DNA from: Octopus bimaculoides
Lineage: Eukaryota
Direction of reading: 5' to 3'
Assembly: GCF_001194135.2 (NCBI RefSeq)
Contig: NC_068988.1
Span: 47,051,578-47,115,577, forward strand
DNA: 64,000 nucleotides
Positions within the stretch are counted from its first letter, which is position 1, and each line of letters starts with the position of its first letter. The position numbers and the translations under genes are program-made. A model generated the notes under the pieces. That model saw nothing but the letters and a program-made list of their open reading frames with translations. It was not told the origin of the DNA and ran no database searches. Positions 1 through 11,659 of this stretch are shown here, in pieces.

Positions 1-534
1 GCAGAAAATACTGTTGTAGATTATATAGAATTTACATTCATAAAGATAATAGCACAGCTCTAAATGTTTTATTTTCTGTTCCCTTGTAGGAAACTAACAC
101 ATTTAAACATCCGTTTACTGGTTGCTATATTCTTAAGTAGATGAACATCATTGGTAATTCATATTCTTAGAAAGTCTGTGCAAATTGCTGTCTATGGACA
201 TTCAGTTTAAGATCGTGTTTGATGTCCTGTCTTAATTTATATTTATCTCACTCATTTCCTGTAGCCATTTAGGGTCCAGTCTAACTAATGTACATTGCTG
301 CAGACTTCTTAAATTTTTTTTTATTTTCTCATATTCAGAATGTAATTGTTGTGTAAATACGTTTGGAAAACTGAAATATCAAAATATATGGTAACATTTT
401 TAAGCATTGATTCTTATTTGTTTTTAGTACTTTGAATCTAACTTGTATTATTATGGTTCTTTTATTTATATTTAGCTCTATTTCACTTCAAATAATCTAA
501 ATATTTACATTAATCATTAATACACATGCACACA

Positions 535-548
535 TGTGTGTGTTTGTG

Positions 549-592
<44 letters not shown>

Positions 593-600
593 TGTGCATG
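535..600. repeat. (TG)n microsatellite
   Basis: Directly visible. Confidence 0.95.
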
Positions 601-688
601 TGTTTGTGTATAAATGAATAAATATATATAGACATGGTATGGTGGTCATCTACTCCTTATGCAGAGTCTAATGACCTCCTGTACTTAC

Positions 689-853
689 ACCTTAGATCCA
701 TCATGGTGTTTGATGTGGCTTTTTAAACCAATGTTTTGAAAAGACACCCACATAAATTGCATATCCGACTTGGACCACCAAGAGCTGCAGTTAAGTTCTG
801 ATCTTTGTGGATCTTAAAATGTCTTTTGAGTCTGCCATTAGATATATATGTAC
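689..853 (-). CDS. Candidate exon of a multi-exon C2H2 zinc-finger gene; frameshifted (pseudo-exon or assembly error)
   Basis: Minus strand reads tag|GT ACA TAT... = TYISNGRLKRHFKIH (Y-x5-L-x2-H-x3-H, second half of a finger), a linker, then CNLCGCLFKT. After a frameshift it reads GLKSHIKHHDGSK, followed by a GTAAGT donor (plus 683-688). The acceptor AG is plus CT at 854-855. Confidence 0.55.
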
Positions 854-855
854 CT

Positions 856-895
856 ATGTGTGTGTGTGTGTGTGTGTGCGTGTATGTATGTATGT

Positions 896-932
<37 letters not shown>

Positions 933-965
933 CAGATAGATAGGTAGATAGGTAGATAGATAGAT
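856..965. repeat. Compound (TG)n/(TATG)n/(TAGA)n microsatellite
   Basis: Directly visible. Confidence 0.95.
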
Positions 966-1569
966 ACACACGCATATATGTATCTACATACATGTATACA
1001 TATGCTTTATATATATATTAGCCAGCAATAGACTGGTGAAAATCTAATAAAGCACTATGACAAAACGGAATAACAAAACAAAATTTTGAACCAATGAAAT
1101 AACAACCACTAATGATGTACAAGGGAACAGCATGCATAAAAAAAAACACATTAAAGCTACCAAAAGAATCAAGTGGTATTAGTAAAAAACAATCCATACT
1201 GATAGAAAGAAAAGATGGCAATAACAGTTCTTGCCTGAAGATTGATATAGAATGAAACTTATGTTGCAGGAAAGGAATTTAATTTAATTAAACAATATAC
1301 TGTACAATATGTACTCATTACCTTGCCTTATCCTTTGACAAAAATAGCTTCAATATATATTGGTGCATTGGTCTAGGGGTACCTATATATATATATAATT
1401 TCCTTCAGAAGTAAATTATCACAAATCTTTACTTTCAGTTTCTTGTTTTCAATTTTGCAATGCTATGGAAAAAATAAAACACAAATAAAATACTTAAAGA
1501 CAAACTAAGTATTTGAAGTACAAGGTAAATATTTATTGGGTGAAATCTGCCACAAATATTGAAGAAAGA

Positions 1570-2016
1570 CTACGAAAAATATGTAGATGAATAAAATAGA
1601 ATACAGAGCGTTTAGTAGGCAATGTGAAAGAGTAGAAGAGCAGAATGTGACAAAGTGAGAAGAAGGGAGGAAAGGAGAAATGGCTGTAAGAAGAAAATAA
1701 AGAGGAAAAGAAAGAAGGAAAGAGTGATGATGATAAGAAGGATGAGAGTACCATAAGGGAGGAAGAAACATAGTAGGATGTGGAGGTGTAGGAAAAGCTA
1801 ATGTAAGGAAAAAAATAGGAAAAAGAGAGCAGGCAGGTGTAAAGAGCGAATGGAGAGAGAGTGAGAGAGGGAGGAAGGTAGAGAGAGACAGAGAGCGGGG
1901 GGTGTTAGAAAAGCTTGTGGAAGAAGGAAAGTGCATGTTTAAAGAATAAGATAAAGGAAAAGGAAACATTGAAGAGAAATCAATTAACTAATTAATTAAT
2001 TGATGTGTAGTAGTAT

Positions 2017-2056
<40 letters not shown>

Positions 2057-2075
2057 GGTGGTGGTGGTGGTAGTA
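1570..2075. repeat. Purine-rich low-complexity tract followed by (TAG)n/(TGG)n
   Basis: G/A-rich plus strand; explains the Leu/Ser/Phe-rich minus-strand ORFs. Confidence 0.8.
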
Positions 2076-3789
2076 TTACAACATCAAAAATTATTGAGGA
2101 TATAAGAAAACTTGGAACGTAAAAATTTGTAATATAAAGAAACTAAATAAATTATATAAAACATATTAATATACTTATGCGTAGGTGAGTGAAATCATTT
2201 TCAAAACATGCACAGTTTATATTGAAAATACTTGAAATATAAAATCACAGTAAATTCAGTCATATGAAGAAGATAACTGTATGGCATCCATCGGTCAACG
2301 ATGACCATGTATCTGAAAACGAATGTGTAGGCCAAGACAAGATTGGTGTTGCACTGCTGTCTTTTCTCTCCCACCTTTTAGCTTTTAAAAAAAAAAATTT
2401 TTTTTATATTTAGAAAGAATAATAGTTAGCTATGCATATACGTCTTCCGTCTCCAGGACACTTTCCTAAGGAAAAGGCCACCAGCTTGGATCGATACAGC
2501 TTGGTACCAGCATCATGGAAAGCCTTGATGTCAAATTCAAAGAACCTGAACGATAATGCAAGAGACTTCCTCTACACCTCTAACAGCTTTGCCAATCATT
2601 TGCCCTGAATTAAAACGTTTTCCTTTCATTTTTTTATAGAAAGTATGAAAAACCATGTTGATCTCGACAGGATTCGTTCTCAGAGTGAAGACAACTAGAA
2701 CAAATGTCACGATGCATTTTAAATAACACTTTTTCTGTGTTGAAAGATAAATTTATTGAAAGAATGGGGAGGGGCGGCCAGATTACTCTGGGAAATTGTT
2801 ACAGTCAATATAAACTCAAAAGAAATAGCAGTTGAGGTCTAGAATCTAAATGGATCAATTCAATAGTCTTCAGTTACCAAGTAGTAAAAATTACATTTTA
2901 AATACTTTGAAGTATACCTATGATAATTCAATAATTCTGATTTTTTATCGAAACTTGTTTCCTGGATTAAAATAATCAATGTTTTGTTATAAACAAGATA
3001 TCTTTCATCGTTGATTGCTGAGAACCATTCCTGTATCAGCAGGCTGTTGTCTCATTAGACAAATGTATTTTTAAAGGACCTGCAGAGGGTTCTTTCATAA
3101 TGCTTGGATAACCCCTGGGGGAAAAAAACGTCTTTATTTTGTATATCTAAATTTAATCTTATGTTGAGAAAAACTTATTTTTAAATCTATTTTCTGTCAA
3201 TCCACTAAAGAGTCTAAACATAAAAACTGTGGTCAGTCTCTTCTCTTGTGCTGTACACTATTCCTTTAGCAAGCTAATGTAAGCAATACAAACAATTGCA
3301 GTTGGCAAAGGAACATGATTATTAATAATAAACGGTTTTTTTTGCAGAATAACAGGCAAAAGGTGAGGCAAACATAATTTTCAATAGCTCTAAACGATGT
3401 ATCAAAGTGTACATAAATATTAAATTAAGTTCATCTCTCTCTTCCCCCCTCTCTCTCTTTACAACTATAGAATTATGAGCAAAAATAATTTCCTCCTACT
3501 GAAATTCTTTTACTATATATCATAGCTATATCTCCGTCTCTCTGTAAAGTGAACAATGTAATGCAATGTTATGTAATTAATAGCAAGTAGATATGTAATT
3601 ACTCTGTCTTGAAGAGATCCCAGTAGATAGAAATAGGAGCCATATACGAATATTAATGACGATATACTTGAAACAAAAGGAAAAGATAAGAAATTTGAAT
3701 TAAATAAATGTATAGATATTATGTAATATATTTCATTCTTCTCACTTTGCTAACTAAAAAGATAAAAATCAAATAAATAACAATATTAT

Positions 3790-4250
3790 GGATGTCTAGC
3801 ACGACGTTCCTCTCCCTTGCATAATATAGAGTGCTCCCATTAGATGAGATGTTGAAGGGTTGTTGTATGATGAGAGGAGTAAAGACAGGCTTTTTATGGG
3901 CAGATTCATGACTACCTTACATTCTAAATGGGTAGATGTCGCTGGAGTGGAGACACCATGTGAGGTAAATATAGTGGTGAGAATGTAGCAGAATACACCA
4001 TCGTGTGTCCAAAGGTGAATAGAAGTGAGCATAAGAATCAATTGGACTGAGTAAGGTAGCAAGAGTGTGAGTAAAGAGTGACAAATGTATATGAATATGA
4101 GGTGGATGTGGAGTACTGTATAAAGGAACTGAATGTAGTAAATGGTGAACAGGGGTGGCAAGTCAATGATAAACGTGAGTGGTAGAGATGCCAAAGAAGA
4201 TGGATGGATGTCAGCTGGGGGTAATTCAGAGGAAATGAAATGGTGTCTTA
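3790..4250 (-). mobile_element. Possible heavily decayed Penelope-like (GIY-YIG end) relic
   Basis: C/T-rich minus strand with faint 'MVYSATFSP' and 'LYIMQG' resembling PLE 'LVHS..SP' and 'LYIGQTG'. Weak. Confidence 0.3.
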
Positions 4251-4282
4251 CAGTAACAGGTTCTAATATATAGAGATGCTTT

Positions 4283-4461
4283 AAGGTGGTGAGCTGGCAA
4301 AATTTTTTCCTTGTTGGACAAAATGCTTAGTGGTATTTCATTTGTCTTCACATTTCAAGTTCAAATTCTGTCAAGGTCGACTTAGCCAATCATCATTTTG
4401 GGGTCAATAAAATAAGTACCAGATAAGTACTGGAGTTGATGCAATTGACTTATTCCCCCCC
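4283..4461 (+). mobile_element. SINE family A copy (runs into gap)
   Basis: aaggtggtgagctggca...aaatgcttag...gttcaaattc...gtcgactt...ggggtcaataaaataagtaccag; matches copies at 6611, 11693, 12869 and 18250. Confidence 0.8.
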
Positions 4462-5316
4462 NNNNNNNNNNNNNNNNNNNNNNNNNNNNNNNNNNNNNNN
4501 NNNNNNNNNNNNNNNNNNNNNNNNNNNNNNNNNNNNNNNNNNNNNNNNNNNNNNNNNNNNNNNNNNNNNNNNNNNNNNNNNNNNNNNNNNNNNNNNNNNN
4601 NNNNNNNNNNNNNNNNNNNNNNNNNNNNNNNNNNNNNNNNNNNNNNNNNNNNNNNNNNNNNNNNNNNNNNNNNNNNNNNNNNNNNNNNNNNNNNNNNNNN
4701 NNNNNNNNNNNNNNNNNNNNNNNNNNNNNNNNNNNNNNNNNNNNNNNNNNNNNNNNNNNNNNNNNNNNNNNNNNNNNNNNNNNNNNNNNNNNNNNNNNNN
4801 NNNNNNNNNNNNNNNNNNNNNNNNNNNNNNNNNNNNNNNNNNNNNNNNNNNNNNNNNNNNNNNNNNNNNNNNNNNNNNNNNNNNNNNNNNNNNNNNNNNN
4901 NNNNNNNNNNNNNNNNNNNNNNNNNNNNNNNNNNNNNNNNNNNNNNNNNNNNNNNNNNNNNNNNNNNNNNNNNNNNNNNNNNNNNNNNNNNNNNNNNNNN
5001 NNNNNNNNNNNNNNNNNNNNNNNNNNNNNNNNNNNNNNNNNNNNNNNNNNNNNNNNNNNNNNNNNNNNNNNNNNNNNNNNNNNNNNNNNNNNNNNNNNNN
5101 NNNNNNNNNNNNNNNNNNNNNNNNNNNNNNNNNNNNNNNNNNNNNNNNNNNNNNNNNNNNNNNNNNNNNNNNNNNNNNNNNNNNNNNNNNNNNNNNNNNN
5201 NNNNNNNNNNNNNNNNNNNNNNNNNNNNNNNNNNNNNNNNNNNNNNNNNNNNNNNNNNNNNNNNNNNNNNNNNNNNNNNNNNNNNNNNNNNNNNNNNNNN
5301 NNNNNNNNNNNNNNNN

Positions 5317-5349
<33 letters not shown>

Positions 5350-6610
5350 TTGTTAATTTGAAATAACTATTAGAATTTTAATTTAGACACATTTAAAGAT
5401 ATTTAGTTAAAAATACAAATTTTGAAATTTTCAATTCTTTTTTTGTTTCATTCCCTTTTTCGTATTTTTCCATAGAACTCATTATCATTTGGCAGTGGTG
5501 TGTTGAAATGAGAATTTTTGCCTCAATGATGTTTATGTTGTTTAGGTTTTGCCAGAATTTTAATTATTTTTCAGACTACATACATGGTTATCCAACATAT
5601 CACCTGAAATATATACACATACAATAATATAATTACATATGCAAATACATTAATATATATATATACATATATACATACATATATATATATATATATATAG
5701 ATAGATAGATATATATGTATGTATATACATACATATATTCATATGTACATGCATACATAAATTGAGGCATATATACATGCATACATTCATGCCTCTATAC
5801 ATACAAACATAGAAGCATTCATGTAACCCACACTGTGCATGTGACTTGGTACAACCAATCAAATTTGGCTTCAGCTAAATCCAAACAACATGGCTGCTGT
5901 ATTTCAAATGTAATAAAGTTTAATTTACATCAACAACAGAAAAAAAAATTAGAATTAAAAGAAAAACGAAAATGTTGTTTCAAAAATATTTGAAGTGAAC
6001 TCAAGATTTCGAGAAATATTTGATGTGAAATAAAGATATTTGGGGGAAAATATATTAAAAATACATTTATACATATATATAGATATAAATAAAATTAGCA
6101 ATGATTAGTTTATACTTCAAACATTACACATACAGACATGTACACATAGATGCACATAACATGGACACACGTAGACTCATACATACATGGACACACACAA
6201 AATGTCAGAAGAAAAAGATACGGCTGATATAATATAGTAATATTTCAACAAGGAAAAAAAATTGTTTAAATCTAGACATGTTTAAGTTTCTAATTTTGAA
6301 ACAACATAATAAATAACCACCTAAGACATCAGAAAAATCAGGTGGATTGATTGCTTTACAGTATTTGATTTTTACTCCTGCATATCTGAGTTCAAAGTTT
6401 CAATTTAGAATTTAGCTTTACACTTCATCTGTCGTTCTTCCACAGTTTATATAAAATGGTTTATGATTTAGGTAGAAGGTGGGCAATTTCGAGGGGAGGG
6501 GTAAGTCAGTATTATTGATCCCCAGTGTTTGACAGCTACTTTATTTTATCCACCCTGGTTGGATAAAAGACAAAATAACTGCAATATAGTTAGAAGAAAT
6601 CATTTGCATC

Positions 6611-6840
6611 GAGCTGGCAGAAACAGCACGCCGGGCGAAATGCTTAGCGAAATGCTTCATCTGTCATTACGTTCTGAGTTCAAATTCCGCTGAGGTCGAC
6701 TTTACCTTTCATTCTTTCGGGGGTCGATAAATTAAGTACCAGTTATGCACTGGAGTCGATATAAACGACTTAATCCCTTTGTCTGTCCTTGTTTGTCCCA
6801 TCTATGTTTAGCCCCTTGTGGGCAATAAAGAAATAAGAAA
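6611..6840 (+). mobile_element. SINE family A, near full length
   Basis: gagctggcagaa (A-box-like), gagttcaaattcc (B-box-like), tail ...ccccttgtgggcaataaagaaataagaaa; multi-copy in the window. Confidence 0.85.
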
Positions 6841-7011
6841 CCATTTGCTCTAACATAAATATATTTTATTACTTGAAATAATTTAAATATATATATGTAT
6901 ATCTACATGCATGACTACACACACACACATATATATATACATGTACATATGTATATATAAATATATGTATGTATATATGTGCATATATATGTATGTATGT
7001 ATGTGTATATA

Positions 7012-7473
7012 TCATCATCATCATCCTCATCATCCTAGTTAACCTGCCTTTGATGTTGCTGCACCTCTTATGTGTCCATAGCTTGCACCGGGTACATCTT
7101 ATAGAGTTACTACCTACTCCTTTTCTACATACTGAGCAGGGCCATCTACCTGAAGGGGTTTGTGTTTTATCTACCTTCCTACTTATTAGGATTTTGGTTT
7201 TAGCTAGGTTGACTCTAAGGCCCTTCAATTCTAGACCTTGCTTCCACACCTGAAACTTCTCCTCTAGTTCTGATAGTGACTCCGCAATTAGGGCAAGGTC
7301 ATCAGCATAGAGGAGCTCCCAGGGGCAACCTGTCTTGAACTCCTGTGTGATTGCCTGGAGGACTATGGTAAATAAGAGGGGGCTGAGGACGGAACCTTGG
7401 TGGACCCCTACTTCTACCCGGTATTTCTCCTGCAACTGTCTCACTAGAAAGGTATTTCTCCTGCAACTGTCTC
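7012..7473 (-). mobile_element. RTE-clade LINE fragment (RT core with YADD plus PHD-like finger), internally deleted
   Basis: Translation RVEVGVHQGSVLSPLLF...LLYADDLALIAES...VNLAKTK...WPCSVCRKGVGSNSIRCTRCKLWTHKRCS; non-LTR RT motifs QGSxLSP and YADD. Confidence 0.9.
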
Positions 7474-7500
7474 TCTTTATATTTATATAGCTGTGTAGTA

Positions 7501-7652
7501 AGCATAGTTGTGTGGTAAGAAGCTTGCTTCTCAACCACATTATTCTGGGTTCAGTCCCACTGCATAGCACCTTGGGAAAGTGTCTTCAGCTGTAGCCTTG
7601 GGCCAACCAAAGTTTTGTGAGTGGATTTGGTAGACAAAAACTGAAAGAAGCC
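7501..7652 (+). mobile_element. SINE family B head (tRNA-like) followed by (AC)n
   Basis: gtgtggtaag...gggttcagtccc...ccttgggaaagtgtc...gtggatttggtagac...ctgaaagaagcc; matches the 56966 copy. Confidence 0.85.
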
Positions 7653-7769
7653 ACACACACACACACGCACACACACGCACACACACACACACATATATTT
7701 ATGTGTGTGTGTGTTTTTGTGTCTGTATATTCTCTAGAAGCTTCTAGATCATTAATAATGTCTTGTAGG

Positions 7770-7985
7770 TGTGTTTTGGCTACTATGTTAACATCATCCA
7801 CATAGCAGGAGTACATGATTTGGGTTATGGAGTTCTCTGCTAATTTCTCTTTGAGTATCCTATCCAACCATACCAGAGATAGGTTAACCACATCACCAGC
7901 AGTAGTGAAATCTATGGCTGCACCTTCCTCTTGGGCGTATATCTTTTTTATTATATGTAAATATGTGGCCCTTGAGTGTGATCAT
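7770..7985 (-). mobile_element. Penelope-like reverse transcriptase fragment
   Basis: With one frameshift reads ITLKGHIFTYNKK/IYAQEEGAAIDFTTAGDVVNLSLVWLDRILKEKL...MYSCYVDDVNIV; PLE RT 'F....Y.Q..G..IG' and YVDD (plus 7793-7804). Confidence 0.72.
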
Positions 7986-7987
7986 GC

Positions 7988-8043
<56 letters not shown>

Positions 8044-8909
8044 AAGAGAGAGAGAGAGAGAGAAAGAAAGATCTCTTTCTCTTTTCCTCTTGTTGCTCAC
8101 TTATTCTTCTACTTCCTCCCTTTGTTTCTCCCCCTACCACTCTCTCTCTTCCCCTTACACCGGCATGGTCAAATGCTTCCGGTCAATAATCCTTTTCTTC
8201 CTTGGCTATCGTCGAGCAAACACGCGAACTACTTCGTCCCTACTTTCAAGTTCGTGCCTCACAGCGTTCATACACACATAATTTTTCTCGTCTGGCCGTA
8301 AAGCCTTTTCTGTTTGTTTTCCTGTCTTGTTTTTTNNNNNNNNNNNNNNNNNNNNNNNNNNNNNNNNNNNNNNNNNNNNNNNNNNNNNNNNNNNNNNNNN
8401 NNNNNNNNNNNNNNNNNNNNNNNNNNNNNNNNNNNNNNNNNNNNNNNNNNNNNNNNNNNNNNNNNNNNNNNNNNNNNNNNNNNNNNNNNNNNNNNNNNNN
8501 NNNNNNNNNNNNNNNNNNNNNNNNNNNNNNNNNNNNNNNNNNNNNNNNNNNNNNNNNNNNNNNNNNNNNNNNNNNNNNNNNNNNNNNNNNNNNNNNNNNN
8601 NNNNNNNNNNNNNNNNNNNNNNNNNNNNNNNNNNNNNNNNNNNNNNNNNNNNNNNNNNNNNNNNNNNNNNNNNNNNNNNNNNNNNNNNNNNNNNNNNNNN
8701 NNNNNNNNNNNNNNNNNNNNNNNNNNNNNNNNNNNNNNNNNNNNNNNNNNNNNNNNNNNNNNNNNNNNNNNNNNNNNNNNNNNNNNNNNNNNNNNNNNNN
8801 NNNNNNNNNNNNNNNNNNNNNNNNNNNNNNNNNNNNNNNNNNNNNNNNNNNNNNNNNNNNNNNNNNNNNNNNNNNNNNNNNNNNNNNNNNNNNNNNNNNN
8901 NNNNNNNNN

Positions 8910-9212
8910 TTATGTGCCACTCGCACAAGAGCCAGTCCAGGGGCACTGGCAACGATCTCGCTCGAAAACCCTACAAGGCCAGTCAGGCGGTACTGGCAAT
9001 GGTCACGCTCAGGATGGTACATCTTATGTGCCACCCGCACAAGAGCCAGTCCAGGGGCCCTGGCAACGATCTCACTTGGCTTGCCGGGTCCTCTCACGCA
9101 CAGCACATTTCCAAAGGTCTCGGTCAGTAGTCATCACCTCGGTGAGGCCCAATGTTCGAAGGTCTTGCCTCACCACCTCAGCCCAGGTCTTCCTGGGCCT
9201 ACCTCCTCCACG
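8910..9212 (-). mobile_element. RTE LINE 3' end (ORF C-terminus plus 3'UTR tandem repeats)
   Basis: Minus strand encodes GRPRKTWAEVVRQDLRTLGLTEVMT, homologous to the ORF ends at ~26650, ~36200 and ~38800. Confidence 0.85.
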
Positions 9213-11659
9213 ATGACTGGATGGCAGTGTTGAGATACCAGTTATAACTATAGCAATCTTCTAACCACAACGCATTTTATAGATTAGTTCTTATTTTATT
9301 AACCCCCAGGAGGAAGAAAAGTGTAATTTGACCCAGTTGTATTTGAATTCAATATTTAAAAAAGTGTAACGAACTATCACTTGTGTTTCTTCCTATTCTC
9401 TACATACTTTGCTAATCACTTAATCATACACACCATTATATTATCAGAAATTATTGCTGTGAAAGCAAAAGGTGCAACTGAAATAGTACGTTCATTAACT
9501 CAGCTGTCATCAATTTGTCTTGTGAGTAATATCTGCCTGTGATTGCTATTTATCCTATCCTAGAGGAGTTTTTATCTCTCAGCCAGATAATCTTACCTAA
9601 ACCAGATCTGAATGAGCTCTAAGTTGGCACAGTAATTGACTACTAGGCAATGTAGCAAACCATTATTGAATGTTGAATTTCCAATGTACTTTTAAATATT
9701 TTATCAGTACTTCTGGTTAACTATTACATGGAGAATGTACATAGAATTCCAATAAATGCAATTGCTAGGACTAGAAAATCTAATATTTCAAGCACCTACT
9801 CCTTAATAGAGAATATAATGAAGCTGATCAGACAAACAAATGGGTCTGTCTGTTTCTATTATTTGTTTGTGTTGGCATAAACCCTTACCAGTATTCTCAG
9901 ATTCTAGATTTTATTCTCTACATTAAAGTGTTGGTTTACCAGCTCAAAGAATTATCACTTTTCAATCCTTCACAGAAATGTCAATAGAAAACTACTTTGC
10001 TCTCAATGACCTAGACCACCAAACTATAAATTGGTATCATGATGAGGTAGGTTTCATAGAAATGCATAAGTGGGAAAATGTTTCAAAGCTTTGTAGTGCT
10101 GTGTTTTGATGCTTGCATTATCAAAACATGTAACAGACGTGTGTATATCTTAAATGTTTTAATACTGCCATAAAAAGTTAGAATAAGCATTGCAGCAAAC
10201 ATCATCTATTATGTGAGATGTCTCTCTTTGAGGCTAGGCAAACAGACACATGGGTAAATATCCACTTCAAATTAGACTGCGATATGCAAATTCAGCCTTC
10301 CTACATCTGTGGCTCATACATGCTTTATAAATATGTATCACTCACTGTTTCAACTGAACTGTCAGAAGAAATGAATGAATTAAGTATAGACTATTATTGC
10401 TACAATATATTAACTACATACACAACCTTCTACAGACTTCTATGGTAGAAGATTAGAACATTAGGAGTAGTTAGCTACATATTAATCTCGTTGTAGATTA
10501 CAGAGATACTCTATGCAGTGTTTCTACAGTATAGACTTTAATAGACTTTAATAGCTCCAAAAACATAACCCGCTAGAGTTGTTTAACCACAGACCAATAT
10601 TTTCCTATTGATTACGGAGCAATACAGTTATCAAACTAGAAGCTAGTGAAGTGATAAGCTATATATTCATACAGAATGACGCAGGGGTTGCTACATTGCT
10701 ACAACACATAGATCCATTGAAGTGAATATTTTTATAGTCTATTAACACTTATAAGCTCTCGACTAAATGCCATTACTGTTATTGATTGCCGACAAATATT
10801 GTTATCATCAACATTGCAGAATATTCACTGAAAACATTAAAAGAAAGAATGAAAGAAAGAAAAAAGAAACAGTACAAAACAAAACCAAACAAATATAAAA
10901 ATAAATATTAAAAAAAAGTAAGAATAAATAAATATATAAATAAGACAGAAATAAAGAAAGAAACCAAAAAAGAAAAAGAAAGAAAGAAAGAAAGAAGGAA
11001 AGAAATAAATAAAGAAAGAAGGAAAGAAAGAAATAAAGAAAAGACAGCTGTATAACTTTGAAACTAAGGAAACATTGATCGGAAGCGCGCGGATGTCTTT
11101 AAATTCTTTGTTGTGTTCACTCTTTCTGCTTGCAATGCTGTCATTAGGTTTAACCCTGTAGGTCAGTTAGCAAGGATCAACTTGATAACAATGGCCAAAC
11201 ATTATCACAACATTTGCTTTGAGGGACAAAGATTAAACACCATGGGGTTTCTCTCTTTCTCATTTTAACTGTTTATAGATTTTTGTTGGTCTTTGTTGTT
11301 TGCAGAGATTTTCCTCAAAATATGACAGACAACCTTTTCAGACAGCTCTGAAATACTATTTGTGCTACTTTTGGCAGCTTTATCATTTAACATTATAGCA
11401 CTGTTGAAAAGTGGTCAATTGGTAGACATGATAGAGCACCCGACGACGAAATGCTTTTCAGTATTTATTTCCATCTATCTAAGTTCAAACCTTACTGGTG
11501 TTGGTGTCAGTTTCACCTTTCATTCTCCCAGAGTTAATATAAATAAATAACAACTACGTCATGAACTGGGACCATCTTTTAAGGAAAAGATCTATGATTA
11601 ATACTGTTTATGACCATCCAACCATAATTCTTTTCATATTAATATCATTATTGTGGATA

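Noticed and set aside
2490-2545. Minus-strand FDIKAFHDA resembling a bacterial DUF885-type C-terminal motif (possible HGT)
   Set aside because: Nine-residue match only, with no continuation of the motif.
4382-5356. Long ORFs spanning N-runs (also 8202-9233, 31090-31908, 33363-33875, 57706-59235, 59600-60424, 61572-62126, 62651-63397)
   Set aside because: Open only because N codons never read as stops; they are assembly gaps.
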